From assembly GCA_036507795.1 (NCBI GenBank), contig DATCIL010000029.1, forward strand, positions 1 through 61,471: a stretch of 61,471 bases of DNA, written 5' to 3'. The notes beneath the pieces are model-generated. The model had not been told where the DNA came from, searched no databases, and worked only from the letters and a program-made list of their open reading frames with translations. Each line of letters begins with the position of its first letter. Position 1 is the first letter of the stretch. This DNA comes from Anaerolineales bacterium. GTDB lineage: Bacteria > Chloroflexota > Anaerolineae > Anaerolineales > UBA4823. Shown piece after piece: positions 8,427 through 19,472 of the stretch. The position numbers were made by a program, and so were the translations under genes.

Positions 8427-9665
8427 ATGTGGAAGAAAGGTGAGATTAAGTTCATCAGCCTTTTGATTGTGGTTGGACTTCTTCTGGTGGCCTGTGCGCA
8501 GGCAACACCCGCCCCGCAGGAACCGGCGGCGGGAGAAACGACAGCGCCAGAACCGGCCACCAGTGGAGAAGCAACCCCGATTAAGATCGGTCTAAACATA
8601 GAGGTGACCGGCGATATTCCCAAAGTAGGCGAACATGCCAGGGTCGCCGCTGAGATGTATGCCGAAGAAGTCAACGCCGCAGGAGGGGTGGATATTGGCG
8701 GAACGATGCACCCGCTTGAACTGGTAGTCGAGGATAATAATGCTACGGCTGAAGGGGCGGCATCGGCTGCCAATAAGCTGATCACGCAGGATCAAATCCA
8801 GGTGATGGTTGGTCCAAATCCCAGCGCGGCGGCGGTGCCAGCAGGCGAGGTGGCTAACAACCTGGAAACGCCCATGATCAGCCCGTGGTCGACCAATCCA
8901 AACACAACGCTAAATCGTCCCTGGGTATTCCGTGCGCCGTTCCTGGATCCCTTCCAGGGACCCGTCGTAGCCAACTTCGCTACCGAAGAGTTCAGCGCAG
9001 ATCAAGCTTGTGTTTTGTTTGACATCGCCAGCGACTACCCAAAGGGCCTGGCGGATAACTTCAAGTCCGCCTGGGAGGGAATTCACGGCGCTGGTTCCGT
9101 GGTAGCATTCGAGTCTTTTACTACCAACGACCAGGATTTCAGCGCCCAGCTGACGAAGATTAAAGGCGCGGGCTGCGATATTCTGTTCACGCCGCAGTAC
9201 TACAATCAGGTTCCCTTGATTGTGGAACAGGCCAGCGATCTTGGGCTTACCTTCCCAATCGTAGGGAGCGACTCCTGGGGAGACCCACAGCTGCTGGAAC
9301 TCTGTGGCGAAGCATGCAATGACTACTACTTCAGCACACACTATGTCGCTTCCGGCGCCACCGGCGCGACCAAGGATTTCATCGATAAATTCGAAGCCCG
9401 GCATGGAGAAATTCCCAGCGATGTGGGCGCACTCACCTGGGACTCCATGCGCCTGGTCGAGCAGGCGTTGAAAAACTGTGGGCAGATTACGGGTGACCTA
9501 GCAGCGGATCGCCAGTGCATTCGAGACGGCATGGCCGCCATCAAGGACTTTGCCGGAATTACCGGCAATATGACCTTCGACGAACAGGGAGACCCGATTA
9601 AATGCGCTGTAATCGTCAAGATCGAGAATGGCGAGTTCACTGCCTACGATTCGGCCTGTCCATAG
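8427..9665 (+). CDS. ABC transporter substrate-binding lipoprotein, branched-chain amino-acid (type-1 PBP) family
   Basis: Signal peptide with lipobox LLLVAC, a Pro/Thr/Glu linker, then a Leu/Ile/Val-binding-type fold (IKIGLNIEVTGD, VMVGPNPSAAAV). Followed by livHMGF-type genes. Start moved to ATG 8427 because GGAGGA lies 7 nt upstream. Confidence 0.85.
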   Translation: MWKKGEIKFISLLIVVGLLLVACAQATPAPQEPAAGETTAPEPATSGEATPIKIGLNIEVTGDIPKVGEHARVAAEMYAEEVNAAGGVDIGGTMHPLELVVEDNNATAEGAASAANKLITQDQIQVMVGPNPSAAAVPAGEVANNLETPMISPWSTNPNTTLNRPWVFRAPFLDPFQGPVVANFATEEFSADQACVLFDIASDYPKGLADNFKSAWEGIHGAGSVVAFESFTTNDQDFSAQLTKIKGAGCDILFTPQYYNQVPLIVEQASDLGLTFPIVGSDSWGDPQLLELCGEACNDYYFSTHYVASGATGATKDFIDKFEARHGEIPSDVGALTWDSMRLVEQALKNCGQITGDLAADRQCIRDGMAAIKDFAGITGNMTFDEQGDPIKCAVIVKIENGEFTAYDSACP

Positions 9666-9727
9666 GCAAATCGAGGTCGCCTGCTCATAATCTATTAGAT
9701 TACCGGCAGAAGTGAAAGAGAAAACGT

Positions 9728-9764
9728 GGAGAGGTGAGGCTGTGGATGGATCCCTCATCTCTCC
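9728..9764 (+). other. Intercistronic 12-bp stem-loop after the binding-protein gene
   Basis: GGAGAGGTGAGG (9728-9739) pairs with CCTCATCTCTCC (9753-9764), with one G-U pair and a 13-nt loop. No T-run follows. This position is typical of mRNA-stabilising hairpins after SBP genes. Confidence 0.4.
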
Positions 9765-9805
9765 ATGTCGTAGTGAATACCAACAAAAATAAAGGGAGCA
9801 AGCCT

Positions 9806-10738
9806 GTGGATCCCAGCCTTCTCTTACAGCACTTCATCAACGCCATGCAATGGGGGAGTTTTCTTGCATTGATTGCCGTAGGCTATACAATGGTTTACGG
9901 AGTCCTATTGTTGATAAACTTCGCTCACGGCGACATCTTTATGGTGGGTGCCTATGTTGGCTATTTTATCGGCACTTTTTTGCTGAATGGATTTGATGTT
10001 CAGCTGCCCTGGGACTTACCTTCCTGGGTTGTTATTCCAGTTACCATCGTGTTGACCATGTTTTTTACCGCAATTGTCGGAGTGGCGCTGGAAAGGATCG
10101 CTTACAGACCGATGCGCATGCGCGGCGCCCATCGGCTCTACCTGGTTATTACAGCCTTGATGGCAGGCATTTTTCTTGAATATGCAAACCTGGCAACCCT
10201 GGGAGCTCGCGACCGGCAGTTCCCCACGTTGTTTGATAAAACCGTATATAACTTTGCCGGAATAAGTATAACTAACGTAAAAATACTGGTGATCCTGCTG
10301 TCAGTCGTTTTTATGGCTATCCTGTGGTTCATCGTTCAAAGGACCAAGTGGGGTATGGCGATGCGGGCAATATCTTACGACCGCCTGGTCGTGCCGTTAA
10401 TGGGCATATCCGTCGATAATATTATTGTTGTGACCTTTATTATCGGATCCTCGATGGCAGCGCTGGCGGGAATCATGTATGGCACAGCCTTTCCGATCTT
10501 AAGTTTTGATATGGGATTGTTCGTCGGCTGGCAAGCGTTTATCGCCGCTGTCGTGGGAGGGATCGGATCGATCCGGGGAGCCATGGCGGGCGGATATATA
10601 TTGGGTTTTACGCAAATCATGGTGGCTGCTTTCCTGCCATCCACCTACCGCGACCTGATCGCTTTTAGCGTACTTCTTTTGATCCTGGTGGTAAAACCTA
10701 CCGGTCTATTTGGCGTGGCTCGCAGAACCAAGGTGTAG
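9806..10738 (+). CDS. livH: Branched-chain amino-acid ABC transporter permease (LivH type)
   Basis: LIAVGYTMVYGVLLLINFAHGD block and a multi-TM protein. GTG 9806 has AAGGGAG upstream. The track start 9734 adds a non-hydrophobic extension. Confidence 0.85.
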   Translation: MDPSLLLQHFINAMQWGSFLALIAVGYTMVYGVLLLINFAHGDIFMVGAYVGYFIGTFLLNGFDVQLPWDLPSWVVIPVTIVLTMFFTAIVGVALERIAYRPMRMRGAHRLYLVITALMAGIFLEYANLATLGARDRQFPTLFDKTVYNFAGISITNVKILVILLSVVFMAILWFIVQRTKWGMAMRAISYDRLVVPLMGISVDNIIVVTFIIGSSMAALAGIMYGTAFPILSFDMGLFVGWQAFIAAVVGGIGSIRGAMAGGYILGFTQIMVAAFLPSTYRDLIAFSVLLLILVVKPTGLFGVARRTKV

Positions 10739-10809
10739 TGAACCTGGACTTACAAAACGTAACAGAACATTGAGCTTGATAAACCATTTATGAAACAAGG
10801 AGAACGCTC

Positions 10810-11856
10810 ATGAAACGATTGGCCATGCCGTTAGTGATCGCAATCGTTTTCCTCATCACGGTAGTCCCCTCATGGTTGGGCGTTTATAGCGGTTACTATC
10901 AATTTGTGCTAATGCTCATTGGCATCAACATCACCCTGACGGTCAGCCTGAACCTGATTAACGGATACATGGGAGAGTTTTCCGTCGGGCACGCGGCCTT
11001 CATGGGCGCGGGCGCTTACGTGGCGTCAATTATTAACGTATACCTGCTGGCTGATAGCAATTTCTTTGGCCAGGCAAGAATCGCACCCGGCTGGTCGATT
11101 CTGATCTTCCCCATTTCCTTGATCCTCGGTGGGATTGCAGCCAGTTTATTTAGCTTATTGGTTGCTTTTCCCTCCTTTCGAACCCGAGGTGATTACCTGG
11201 CTATTATCACCCTGGCGGTAAATTTTATCTTCAAGAGCGTGATCGAGAATATTGACAAGATCGGAGGACCGCGTGGGTTCATGGGGATGGGAGGGGTGGT
11301 CAAGGCCATGCAGGACGTCATTAATATCCCGTGGGTGATGATTTGGGTCTTCATCGTGATGGTCTTTTCGATTTATATTGTGCGAAATCTCGTGTCATCG
11401 ATCATGGGAAAAGGAATTGTCGCCATCCGCGACGACGAAATTGCGGCAGAATTAATGACCGTCAACACCCGGCGAATGAAGGTGATCGCATTTATGCTTG
11501 CCTGCGGACTGGCCGGCATGGCGGGGGGCCTGCATGCCCATGCGGTAAGTTTTATCAACCCCTCCAGCTACTTTATTATCCAATCTACCTTCATGTTGGT
11601 AATGGTTTATTTAGGAGGAATGGGATCTCTAAGCGGATCGGTCATCAGCGCGGTCCTTTTTACGATACTACTTGAACTGATGAAACCGTTGGGCCTCTAT
11701 CGATTCGTAGTGATCCCGGTGCTGTTCATCCTCCTGATGTTGCTCAGGCCAAGCGGATTAATGGGGAATCGAGAACTGTCCGATATCTTCCCGCCCTTAC
11801 GCAAGTTTTTTGGCACTGCCGAGGAAAGGATCTCCCATGTCCCTGCTTCAGATTGA
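10810..11856 (+). CDS. livM: Branched-chain amino-acid ABC transporter permease (LivM type)
   Basis: GYMGEFSVGHAAFMGAGAY block, multi-TM, second permease of the set. Confidence 0.85.
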   Translation: MKRLAMPLVIAIVFLITVVPSWLGVYSGYYQFVLMLIGINITLTVSLNLINGYMGEFSVGHAAFMGAGAYVASIINVYLLADSNFFGQARIAPGWSILIFPISLILGGIAASLFSLLVAFPSFRTRGDYLAIITLAVNFIFKSVIENIDKIGGPRGFMGMGGVVKAMQDVINIPWVMIWVFIVMVFSIYIVRNLVSSIMGKGIVAIRDDEIAAELMTVNTRRMKVIAFMLACGLAGMAGGLHAHAVSFINPSSYFIIQSTFMLVMVYLGGMGSLSGSVISAVLFTILLELMKPLGLYRFVVIPVLFILLMLLRPSGLMGNRELSDIFPPLRKFFGTAEERISHVPASD

Positions 11857-12604
11857 GAATCTAACTCTTTACTTTGGTGGTCTACGGGCGGTCGAAAACT
11901 TCAGCCTGGAGCTTCGGCAAGACGAAACGGTGGGCTTGATCGGACCGAACGGCGCCGGAAAATCGACTGTTTTCAACGTGGTTTGCGGTCTCTATAAACC
12001 CTCTCAGGGGACAATCAAATTCAACGGACATGATCTGGTGGGCCGACATCCGCATCAAATCACGTCCCTCGGGATCGGCAGAACCTTTCAAAACATTCGC
12101 TTGTGGAACGAGCTATCCGTCTTAGATAATCTGCGGATCGCCCATTTCTCTCAAATCAAATACGGACTGCTGGACGCCTTCTTTCTTACAAACAGGTTAA
12201 GAGTGGACGAAAGGGAGGTAACAGAAGAAGCGACCGAGCTGCTGGAGTTATTCAACTTGCAGCGTTTTTGGGAGGAAATTCCACGTAACCTGTCGTATGG
12301 CGTGCAGCGCCGGGTAGAAATCTGCCGGGCCCTGGTGATGAAGCCTCAGCTGTTGTTATTGGACGAACCGGCTGCCGGGATGAATCAGGGCGAGATTATC
12401 GAACTGATCGATCTGATTCTGTGGATCCGGAATAAATTTAATGTAACTGTCTGGATTATCGAGCACCAGATGCGCGTGATCATGGGCATTTGTGACCGAA
12501 TTAAGGTCATCGATTTCGGCAATACAATTGCGGAAGGCACTCCAGATGAGATCAGGAATAATCCAAGGGTTATCCAGGCCTATTTGGGCGAGGAGGTGCC
12601 CTGA
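11837..12604 (+). CDS. livG: ABC transporter ATP-binding protein (LivG type)
   Basis: Walker A GPNGAGKST, signature LSYGVQRRVEICRAL, Walker B LLLLDEPAAGM. ATG 11837 (MSLLQIENL) follows AGGAAAGGA. Confidence 0.9.
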   Translation: MSLLQIENLTLYFGGLRAVENFSLELRQDETVGLIGPNGAGKSTVFNVVCGLYKPSQGTIKFNGHDLVGRHPHQITSLGIGRTFQNIRLWNELSVLDNLRIAHFSQIKYGLLDAFFLTNRLRVDEREVTEEATELLELFNLQRFWEEIPRNLSYGVQRRVEICRALVMKPQLLLLDEPAAGMNQGEIIELIDLILWIRNKFNVTVWIIEHQMRVIMGICDRIKVIDFGNTIAEGTPDEIRNNPRVIQAYLGEEVP

Positions 12605-13329
12605 TGCTGCTCTCCATCAGAGATTTGGTTGTCCGCTATGGTGCCATCCAGGCCCTACATGGTATATCATTGGACGTGCGAGAAGGAGAAATTGTCACCT
12701 TGATCGGCGCGAATGGCGCGGGGAAATCCACCACCCTTTGGGCGATCATCCGCCAAATCAGCGAACTTGGCGGCAAGGTAACTTCCGGCAGCATAACCTA
12801 CAAAGACCAGGATCTTTTGGGCTACTCGGCCCACGAAGTTGTCAACAAATTTGGGATTTCGCTGGTGCCCGAAGGCCGGCGCGTATTTGGGAATCTAACG
12901 GTCTTAGAAAACCTAAGGTTGGCCACATTCTATCGTAAAGATCAGGATGGGATCAAGGAAGATCTGGAGCGCGTTTTCGGCGTGTTTCCCCGGTTAAATG
13001 AGAGAAAAGATCAACTTGCAGACCTGCTGAGCGGAGGAGAACAGCAAATGCTGGCTGTCGGGCGGGCATTGATGACGCGTGGATCCCTGATCTTGCTTGA
13101 CGAACCCTCGATGGGTCTCGCACCCGTCCTGGTACAGACTCTCTTTCAATCCCTGGCAGAGATCAACAAGATGGGAACAACGATGCTCTTGATCGAGCAG
13201 AACGCCAATATGGCTCTGAAATACGCCAGCCGGGCCTACGTCATTGAAACCGGCAATATCGTTCTTGCCGGACCTGCGAGTGAAATCGCTCAAAATTCTG
13301 AAGTAAAAAATGCCTACCTGGGAACTTAA
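12604..13329 (+). CDS. livF: ABC transporter ATP-binding protein (LivF type)
   Basis: Walker A GANGAGKST, signature LSGGEQQMLAVGRAL, Walker B LILLDEPSMGL. Its start overlaps the livG stop. Confidence 0.9.
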   Translation: MLLSIRDLVVRYGAIQALHGISLDVREGEIVTLIGANGAGKSTTLWAIIRQISELGGKVTSGSITYKDQDLLGYSAHEVVNKFGISLVPEGRRVFGNLTVLENLRLATFYRKDQDGIKEDLERVFGVFPRLNERKDQLADLLSGGEQQMLAVGRALMTRGSLILLDEPSMGLAPVLVQTLFQSLAEINKMGTTMLLIEQNANMALKYASRAYVIETGNIVLAGPASEIAQNSEVKNAYLGT

Positions 13330-14444
13330 TTCTGGAGATAGAACCGGGGCACCCGAGAACCAATTCCACAAACGACTTCATAATTAATCGTCCCCCAGGC
13401 GTCCGCGACGTCCTCAGCAGTGATATGGACGTCGCCTTGTTTTCCGATCAAAACAGCCTCATCGCCCAGCATTGCTTCCGGAACCGAATCCAGGTTTACC
13501 ATGACCTGGTCCATGCAAACCCGTCCTACTACCGGAACCCGCTGACCGGCGACAAGCACAGCATTCCCTGCAGCCCGGCGATAACCGTCGGCATAACCAA
13601 CCGGTAATGTGCCAATCCGCTCATTCTTCTGGGTAACGTAGACATGGCCATAGCTGATCCCGCGACCCGGCGGCATCATTTTTATGTGGCTGATCACGGT
13701 TTTCCAGGTTAGGGCGGGTGAAAAGCTGGATGGTAAGCGACAGTTTGGCGCGGGATGCAATCCGTAGATCGATACTCCAGCCCTAATCAGATTAAAATAG
13801 ACGCTGGGCCGCGTCAGGCTGGCAGCCGAATTCGAGGTATGGATCAGGTCCGGTCTGATTTTTGCTTCTGAAAGCTTGCTTAAGACCGTCAGAAATTGGC
13901 TTTCCTGGCTTTCGGTTGTGGTGGTATCTACCTCATCAGCCCGGGCGAAATGCGTAAAAATCCCTTCAAAGATCACATTTGGAGCGCGGCTGATTTGCAC
14001 AGCGAGTTCCAATGTCTCCTCGGGTTGGATCCCCAATCTACCCATTCCGGTGTCTACCTTAAGATGCACTCTACCCGGCTTACCCAACTGTCCGGCTAGC
14101 CTGGCAACATCCTGAAGCTGGCGCGTATCCCATAGCGTTAGAGACAGGTTATTCTCAATTGCAACGGAATATTTCGAGGGGGGCGTGTATCCCAACAAGA
14201 GGACTGGCGCGGAAATATCCGCCCGGCGAAGTTCAAGGGCTTCTTCGAGCCTGGCAACACCCAGCCAATTTGCGCCTCCGCGAAGCGCCGCCCGGGCAAC
14301 TGGTGCGGAGCCGTGACCATACGCATTCGCTTTGACGACCGCCATCACCTGAACCTGCGTCAGCTGACGAAGTTGAGCAATATTCGTCTCTATTGCCTTG
14401 AGATCGATCTCCACCCAACAGGAATAGGATGCTCCTGGACCCAT
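13326..14444 (-). CDS. alr: Alanine racemase
   Basis: PLP-lysine motif AVVKANAYGHG and the expected length (372 aa). Confidence 0.9.
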   Translation of the reverse strand: MGPGASYSCWVEIDLKAIETNIAQLRQLTQVQVMAVVKANAYGHGSAPVARAALRGGANWLGVARLEEALELRRADISAPVLLLGYTPPSKYSVAIENNLSLTLWDTRQLQDVARLAGQLGKPGRVHLKVDTGMGRLGIQPEETLELAVQISRAPNVIFEGIFTHFARADEVDTTTTESQESQFLTVLSKLSEAKIRPDLIHTSNSAASLTRPSVYFNLIRAGVSIYGLHPAPNCRLPSSFSPALTWKTVISHIKMMPPGRGISYGHVYVTQKNERIGTLPVGYADGYRRAAGNAVLVAGQRVPVVGRVCMDQVMVNLDSVPEAMLGDEAVLIGKQGDVHITAEDVADAWGTINYEVVCGIGSRVPRFYLQN

Positions 14445-14515
14445 GGAAGGGAGTATACCCAGAAATCGAAGCCAGGAAAAGAGGTTTGCGCCAAGCTGTG
14501 TTATATTAATTGATT

Positions 14516-17332
14516 ATGGACAATTGGAATAAATTTCACGGCCCAAACATTGGCTACGTCCTTGAACTCTATGAAAAATATCAACAAGATCCCAACTCCG
14601 TCGATGAAACGACCCGCAATTTCTTTAAACACTGGACTCCACCCAGCGAGGCAAGACGCAGGATCCCGGCCGGTGAAGCTCCCGAAATCCAGAAAATCAT
14701 TGGTGCAGTCAATTTAACCCTTGCGATCCGCGCATTCGGACATCTCGGCGCAAACCTCGATCCATTGGGGAGCCAACCACCGGGCGATCCATGGCTGGAA
14801 ATCAGGCATCACGGTCTCACCGAATCTGACCTTCAGACTCTGCCCGCGGATGTTGTCGGTGGTCCCATTGCGGAAGAAGCGGAGAATGCTTTGGATGCTG
14901 TCCAGGCGCTAAAAGACGTCTACATGGGCACGATTGGCTATGACTACGAACACGTTCATAATCCAGAGGAACGCCAATGGCTGCGCCATGCGGCCGAATG
15001 TGGAGAATTCAGACCGCCCGGCGATCCAATCGACCCCAAATCGCTATTGGAACGCCTGACCAGGGTAGAAACCTTCGAGCGCTTCCTCCACCGCATATTT
15101 CCTGGTAAGACACGCTTTTCGATTGAGGGCCTCGATATGCTGATCCCCGTGGTGGATGAAATCATCGGGGCAGCTGCGGAGGCCAATATCTGCATGGTCA
15201 TGCTCGGGATGGCGCATCGCGGGCGGATCAATTTCCATGCCCACATCCTCAACAAACCTTACGCCCGCATCCTGGCAGAATTCAAAGACCCAGGGGCCAA
15301 TTTCACCACTCGAAATGAGCTGGGTTGGACGGGGGACGTCAAGTATCACAAGGGAGAGCGCCATGCCATCAAAGGGGGTGAAATGACCCGAATTATCGTA
15401 TCCATGGCGCCAAACCCAAGCCATTTGGAACATGTAAATCCAGTCGTTATGGGTATGGCTCGGGCAGCCGGGAGCAAGATTGATGAGCCCGGCCCTCCCG
15501 AGTTGTTTCCAAATGCGGCCCTCCCCCTCCTCATTCATGGCGATGCATCTTTTACGGGGCAGGGCATTGTCGCAGAAACGTTAAATTTTTCTCAGCTTCC
15601 AGGCTACTCTGTTAGCGGTACCGTGCACATCATCGCTAACAACCAATTGGGCTTCACCGCAGACCCGCGTGAAGAACGCAGTACCCTCTATGCCAGCGAT
15701 CTGGCGAAGGGCTTCGAAATTCCGATAATTCATGTTAACGCGGATGATCCAGAAGCCTGTATCGAAGCGGCCCGCACCGCGTTTGCTTACCGGGACAAGT
15801 TTAAGAAAGATTTCTTGATTGATTTAATCGGATACCGCAAATATGGCCATAATGAGGGTGATGAGCCCAGCTTCACACAACCGTTGATGTATGAAAAAAT
15901 CAGAAGCCACCCTTCTGTAAGAGAGATCTGGGCCCACGAGCTGGTCCGGCGAGGAGAAATTGAAGACGATCTGCCCGAACAGCTGGTGCAGGAGGTGATG
16001 GATGAACTCCAGCAGGTTTTGGAAGACCTGGAGCCGGAGCAGGAGATCCTGAAACCGCAGTTGGAACCGCCGCCCGCCGGTGAGGCCAGGCGTGTAAAGA
16101 CGGCCGTACCTCTGAACAAGCTGCGCGAGCTCAACGAAGGACTTCTAAATATCCCGGAAGATTTCCACCTGCATCGCAAGATCGAACGCGTCATGCAGCA
16201 ACGGCGTAAGGTCTTAGACGATGCTGATGAAGCCAGCATTGATTGGGCGACGGCTGAAGAATTGGCGCTGGGCAGTATTCTGGCCGATGGTACGGCCGTT
16301 CGAATGAGTGGCCAGGATGTTGAACGCGGCACATTCAGCCAGCGACACGCTGTTTTTCATGATGTCGAAGATGGCAAGAAATTCAGCCCGCTACATTCAC
16401 TGCCAGCCGCTAATGCAGCCTTTGAGATTATTAACAGCCCGCTAACAGAAAGCGGCGCGATCGGGTTCGAGTTTGGTTACAACATCCAAAACCCCAGCAG
16501 TCTGGTAATTTGGGAGGCTCAATACGGGGACTTTATCAACATCGCCCAGGTCATGATCGATGAGTTTGTCGCATCTGCCCGGGCGAAATGGGAGCAAACG
16601 CCATCACTGGTGCTTTTGCTCCCGCACGGGCATGAAGGTCAGGGACCGGATCACTCGAGCGGGCGCCCCGAGCGGTTTCTGCAGCTGGCAGCGCAGACCA
16701 ACATGCGTATTGCCAACTGCACTACGGCGGCGCAGTTTTTCCACCTGCTTCGCCGCCAGGCGGCATTGCTTGAGTCAGATCCTCTTCCGCTGATTGTGAT
16801 GACTCCCAAGAGCCTGCTGCGCCACCCGAGAGTCGCCAGCACGCCCAGGCAATTGGCCGAGGGCAGCTGGCAACCCATCATCGATGATGAGCGAGCCAGC
16901 CGTGAACCTGAGAAAGTCCGCCGGTTGATTCTATGCAGTGGCAAGATTTTTGTGGATTTGGCGACCAGCCAGCATTTTGGTTCCAGTAATCACCTGGCCA
17001 TCGTGAGGCTGGAGCAGCTTTATCCCTTCCCGGCAACCGATCTCCAGCCAATCTTCGACAAATATGCAAATATTGAAGAGGTGGTCTGGGTGCAGGAGGA
17101 ACCGAAGAATATGGGCGCCTGGACCTTCGCTAAATCCCGCATAAGGGAAATGACTGGGGACCGCTGGCCCCTGCATTATATTGGACGCGTTGAGAATGCC
17201 AGCCCCGCCGAAGGATCGACAGCCTGGCATGCAGTCAACCAGCAAGCCATCATTGAGCAGGCATTTGATTTACAGGCCTTCAAGAAAGAGCCTGAAGCCG
17301 TTCAAGAAGGTGGAATTGTGGAAAGGGAATAA
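14516..17332 (+). CDS. sucA: 2-oxoglutarate dehydrogenase E1 component
   Basis: About 940 aa with E1o blocks [27 protein letters not shown] and [19 protein letters not shown] 14516 lies two codons inside the TTG of the track. Confidence 0.9.
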   Translation: MDNWNKFHGPNIGYVLELYEKYQQDPNSVDETTRNFFKHWTPPSEARRRIPAGEAPEIQKIIGAVNLTLAIRAFGHLGANLDPLGSQPPGDPWLEIRHHGLTESDLQTLPADVVGGPIAEEAENALDAVQALKDVYMGTIGYDYEHVHNPEERQWLRHAAECGEFRPPGDPIDPKSLLERLTRVETFERFLHRIFPGKTRFSIEGLDMLIPVVDEIIGAAAEANICMVMLGMAHRGRINFHAHILNKPYARILAEFKDPGANFTTRNELGWTGDVKYHKGERHAIKGGEMTRIIVSMAPNPSHLEHVNPVVMGMARAAGSKIDEPGPPELFPNAALPLLIHGDASFTGQGIVAETLNFSQLPGYSVSGTVHIIANNQLGFTADPREERSTLYASDLAKGFEIPIIHVNADDPEACIEAARTAFAYRDKFKKDFLIDLIGYRKYGHNEGDEPSFTQPLMYEKIRSHPSVREIWAHELVRRGEIEDDLPEQLVQEVMDELQQVLEDLEPEQEILKPQLEPPPAGEARRVKTAVPLNKLRELNEGLLNIPEDFHLHRKIERVMQQRRKVLDDADEASIDWATAEELALGSILADGTAVRMSGQDVERGTFSQRHAVFHDVEDGKKFSPLHSLPAANAAFEIINSPLTESGAIGFEFGYNIQNPSSLVIWEAQYGDFINIAQVMIDEFVASARAKWEQTPSLVLLLPHGHEGQGPDHSSGRPERFLQLAAQTNMRIANCTTAAQFFHLLRRQAALLESDPLPLIVMTPKSLLRHPRVASTPRQLAEGSWQPIIDDERASREPEKVRRLILCSGKIFVDLATSQHFGSSNHLAIVRLEQLYPFPATDLQPIFDKYANIEEVVWVQEEPKNMGAWTFAKSRIREMTGDRWPLHYIGRVENASPAEGSTAWHAVNQQAIIEQAFDLQAFKKEPEAVQEGGIVERE

Positions 17333-17334
17333 TT

Positions 17335-18624
17335 ATGGCCAGTGAGATAACTGTACCGGATCTAGGCGAGTCAGTATACGAGGCAACTGTTGCCAATTGG
17401 CTAAAAAAAGAAGGCGATCGGGTGGCGGTTGGCGAAGCTGTCGTCGAATTGGAGACCGATAAGGTGGATCTCGAGGTTGGCGCCACGGAGAACGGTGTGT
17501 TGAAGACCATCAAGGTCCAAGAGGGCGAGGATGTTCAGGTTGGGGAAGTGCTTGCGATCATTGAAGTAAAAGCGGCTGAGGAACCAGGGGAGCCAGAGGA
17601 ACCAGAGGCTGAAAAGGAGATGGCAAGGGAAGAAATCACGGAGGAGAAAGCTGCACAAAAAGCTAAAGTGGAGGAGGTCGAAAAAGAGGAGGAAGCCGGA
17701 AAGGTCACGCCGGTAGCCAGGCGCCTTGCGCAGGAGAGCGGCGTTGATCTCGAAAAGGTTACCGGCACCGGGGCAGGCGGGCGGATCACTAAAGAGGACG
17801 TCGGGCGTTACCTGGAAAAAGAGGAACGTAGACCAGGGCCGCAGGCCAGAGCAGAGCCTGAAAAGGAAGCCCGTCCAAAGCCAGCAGAACTGGTTGAACC
17901 AGGCCCGCCGGCGAGGCCGCTGGAGGAACTTGAGGAACGCGTGAGAATGTCGCGCCGCCGCAGAACAATCGCCGACCGGCTGGTGAAAGCCCAACAAAAT
18001 GCGGCCATGCTGACCACCTTCAACGATGTGGACATGTCCGCGGTGATTGACACTCGCCAGCGCCGTAGGGAGTCTTTCCAGGAAAAATACGGAATCAAAT
18101 TAGGCTTCATGTCTTTCTTCGTTAAGGCGTCGATTGGCGCTCTAAAAGAATTTCCCAGATTAAATGCAGAAATTGAGGGTGACGATATTATCCTCAAATA
18201 CCATTATGATATCGGCATTGCCATCGGGGCTGAAGAAGGTTTGGTAGTGCCGGTGCTGAGAAACGCCAACCGGATGACGTTTGCCGAGATTGAGAAGAAA
18301 ATCGCTGAATACATCGCAAAAGTCAGGGATAAAACTCTCACGATCGAGGATTTACAAGGAGGCACATTTACCATCACGAACGGCGGCGTATTTGGATCGC
18401 TGCTGAGCACTCCCATTCTCAACCCACCCCAGGTTGGCATCCTGGGTATGCACCGAATTGAAGACCGGCCGACGGCAAAAGATGGCCAGGTGATCATCCG
18501 GCCCATGATGTACCTGGCACTTAGTTATGACCACCGGATTGTCGACGGTCGTGAGGCAGTTCAGTTTTTATACCGGATTAGGCAATTGATTGAAGATCCC
18601 GTGTCCTTGCTGTTAGAAGGTTAA
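17335..18624 (+). CDS. sucB: Dihydrolipoyllysine-residue succinyltransferase (E2o)
   Basis: Lipoyl domain with [11 protein letters not shown], a Glu/Lys/Pro linker, subunit-binding motif [16 protein letters not shown], and catalytic DHRIVDG. Confidence 0.9.
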   Translation: MASEITVPDLGESVYEATVANWLKKEGDRVAVGEAVVELETDKVDLEVGATENGVLKTIKVQEGEDVQVGEVLAIIEVKAAEEPGEPEEPEAEKEMAREEITEEKAAQKAKVEEVEKEEEAGKVTPVARRLAQESGVDLEKVTGTGAGGRITKEDVGRYLEKEERRPGPQARAEPEKEARPKPAELVEPGPPARPLEELEERVRMSRRRRTIADRLVKAQQNAAMLTTFNDVDMSAVIDTRQRRRESFQEKYGIKLGFMSFFVKASIGALKEFPRLNAEIEGDDIILKYHYDIGIAIGAEEGLVVPVLRNANRMTFAEIEKKIAEYIAKVRDKTLTIEDLQGGTFTITNGGVFGSLLSTPILNPPQVGILGMHRIEDRPTAKDGQVIIRPMMYLALSYDHRIVDGREAVQFLYRIRQLIEDPVSLLLEG

Positions 18625-19472
18625 TGCGTGGTCATTGGTTTGTCCTGGCTGCGGCGCTGCTATGGGGTACCACCGGTACTGCCCAGGCATTCGCTCCAAC
18701 AGGCACGCAACCAGCCGCGGTAGGGGCAGTACGCCTGATTATCGGCAGCATGGTCTTATTGACATTCGCTCATTTCAGAGGAGTGCTGCATCGAGGAATA
18801 CCATGGCCGCTCGTTCCAACTGCGTTTGCCAGCATCAGCATAGCAGCCTACCAGTTATTCTTTTTTGCCGGCGTAGCCCGGACGGGGGTAGCGATCGGGA
18901 CAATTATCGCTATCGGCAGCGCACCCATTTTAGCGGGTCTTTTAGGATATCTATGGCGAAAAGAAAAGCCGCGCCAAAAGTGGGTCTGGGCAACTATGGT
19001 AGCCGTCACCGGATGTATATTAATTATGATTCCAAAGGGGGACGTTCAGATCGACCCGCTAGGTATCCTCTTGACCTTAGGCGCAGGCGCAGCTTACGCC
19101 ACTTATGCGGTTGCCAGTAAGGGCTTGTTGGATAGCCACCCGCCGGATGCTGTTGCAGCCGTCGTCTTCAGCTTAGGTGCAATTATTCTTTCGCCACTCT
19201 TGATAAAATCAAACCTGGCCTGGCTGGTCCAGCCCCGCGGCCTGGCTGTAGCGCTTCATCTGGGAGTTTTTGCCACGGCCGCTGCATATGTCTTGTTTTC
19301 CCGCGGACTGAGGTCTATCCCAGTTGCTTCCGCGGTGACATTATCCCTGGCGGAACCCGTAACTGCGGGCTTTTTGGGTCTCCTCTTGTTGGGTGAGCGG
19401 CTCACCCCGGCGATTTTAATCGGCATGGCTCTCGTACTAAGCGGCCTGGCGCTGCTCACCACTGGCCGTTAG
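18624..19472 (+). CDS. EamA/DMT-family transporter
   Basis: About ten hydrophobic helices in two repeated halves, with the LWGTTG N-terminal motif. TAATG overlap with the sucB stop. Confidence 0.8.
   Translation: MRGHWFVLAAALLWGTTGTAQAFAPTGTQPAAVGAVRLIIGSMVLLTFAHFRGVLHRGIPWPLVPTAFASISIAAYQLFFFAGVARTGVAIGTIIAIGSAPILAGLLGYLWRKEKPRQKWVWATMVAVTGCILIMIPKGDVQIDPLGILLTLGAGAAYATYAVASKGLLDSHPPDAVAAVVFSLGAIILSPLLIKSNLAWLVQPRGLAVALHLGVFATAAAYVLFSRGLRSIPVASAVTLSLAEPVTAGFLGLLLLGERLTPAILIGMALVLSGLALLTTGR

Noticed and set aside
17560-17900. Glu/Lys/Pro/Ala-rich repetitive stretch that could be taken for a tandem repeat or foreign insert.
   Set aside because: It is in frame within sucB, between the lipoyl and subunit-binding domains. 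E2 proteins normally carry flexible charged linkers at that position.
17401-17997. 198-aa antisense ORF inside sucB. Similar long shadow ORFs occur at 15787-16332, 54220-54723 and 60225-60740.
   Set aside because: Each lies wholly inside a well-supported gene on the other strand. Their composition is low-complexity and Arg/Ser/Pro-rich, typical of antisense frames, and they have no recognisable motifs.
19437-19472. 36-bp overlap of the convergent EamA and YdiJ-like coding ends, considered as a possible antisense-regulation feature or mis-called stop.
   Set aside because: Both reading frames are well supported up to their stops, and short convergent overlaps are common in compact genomes. Nothing further is visible.
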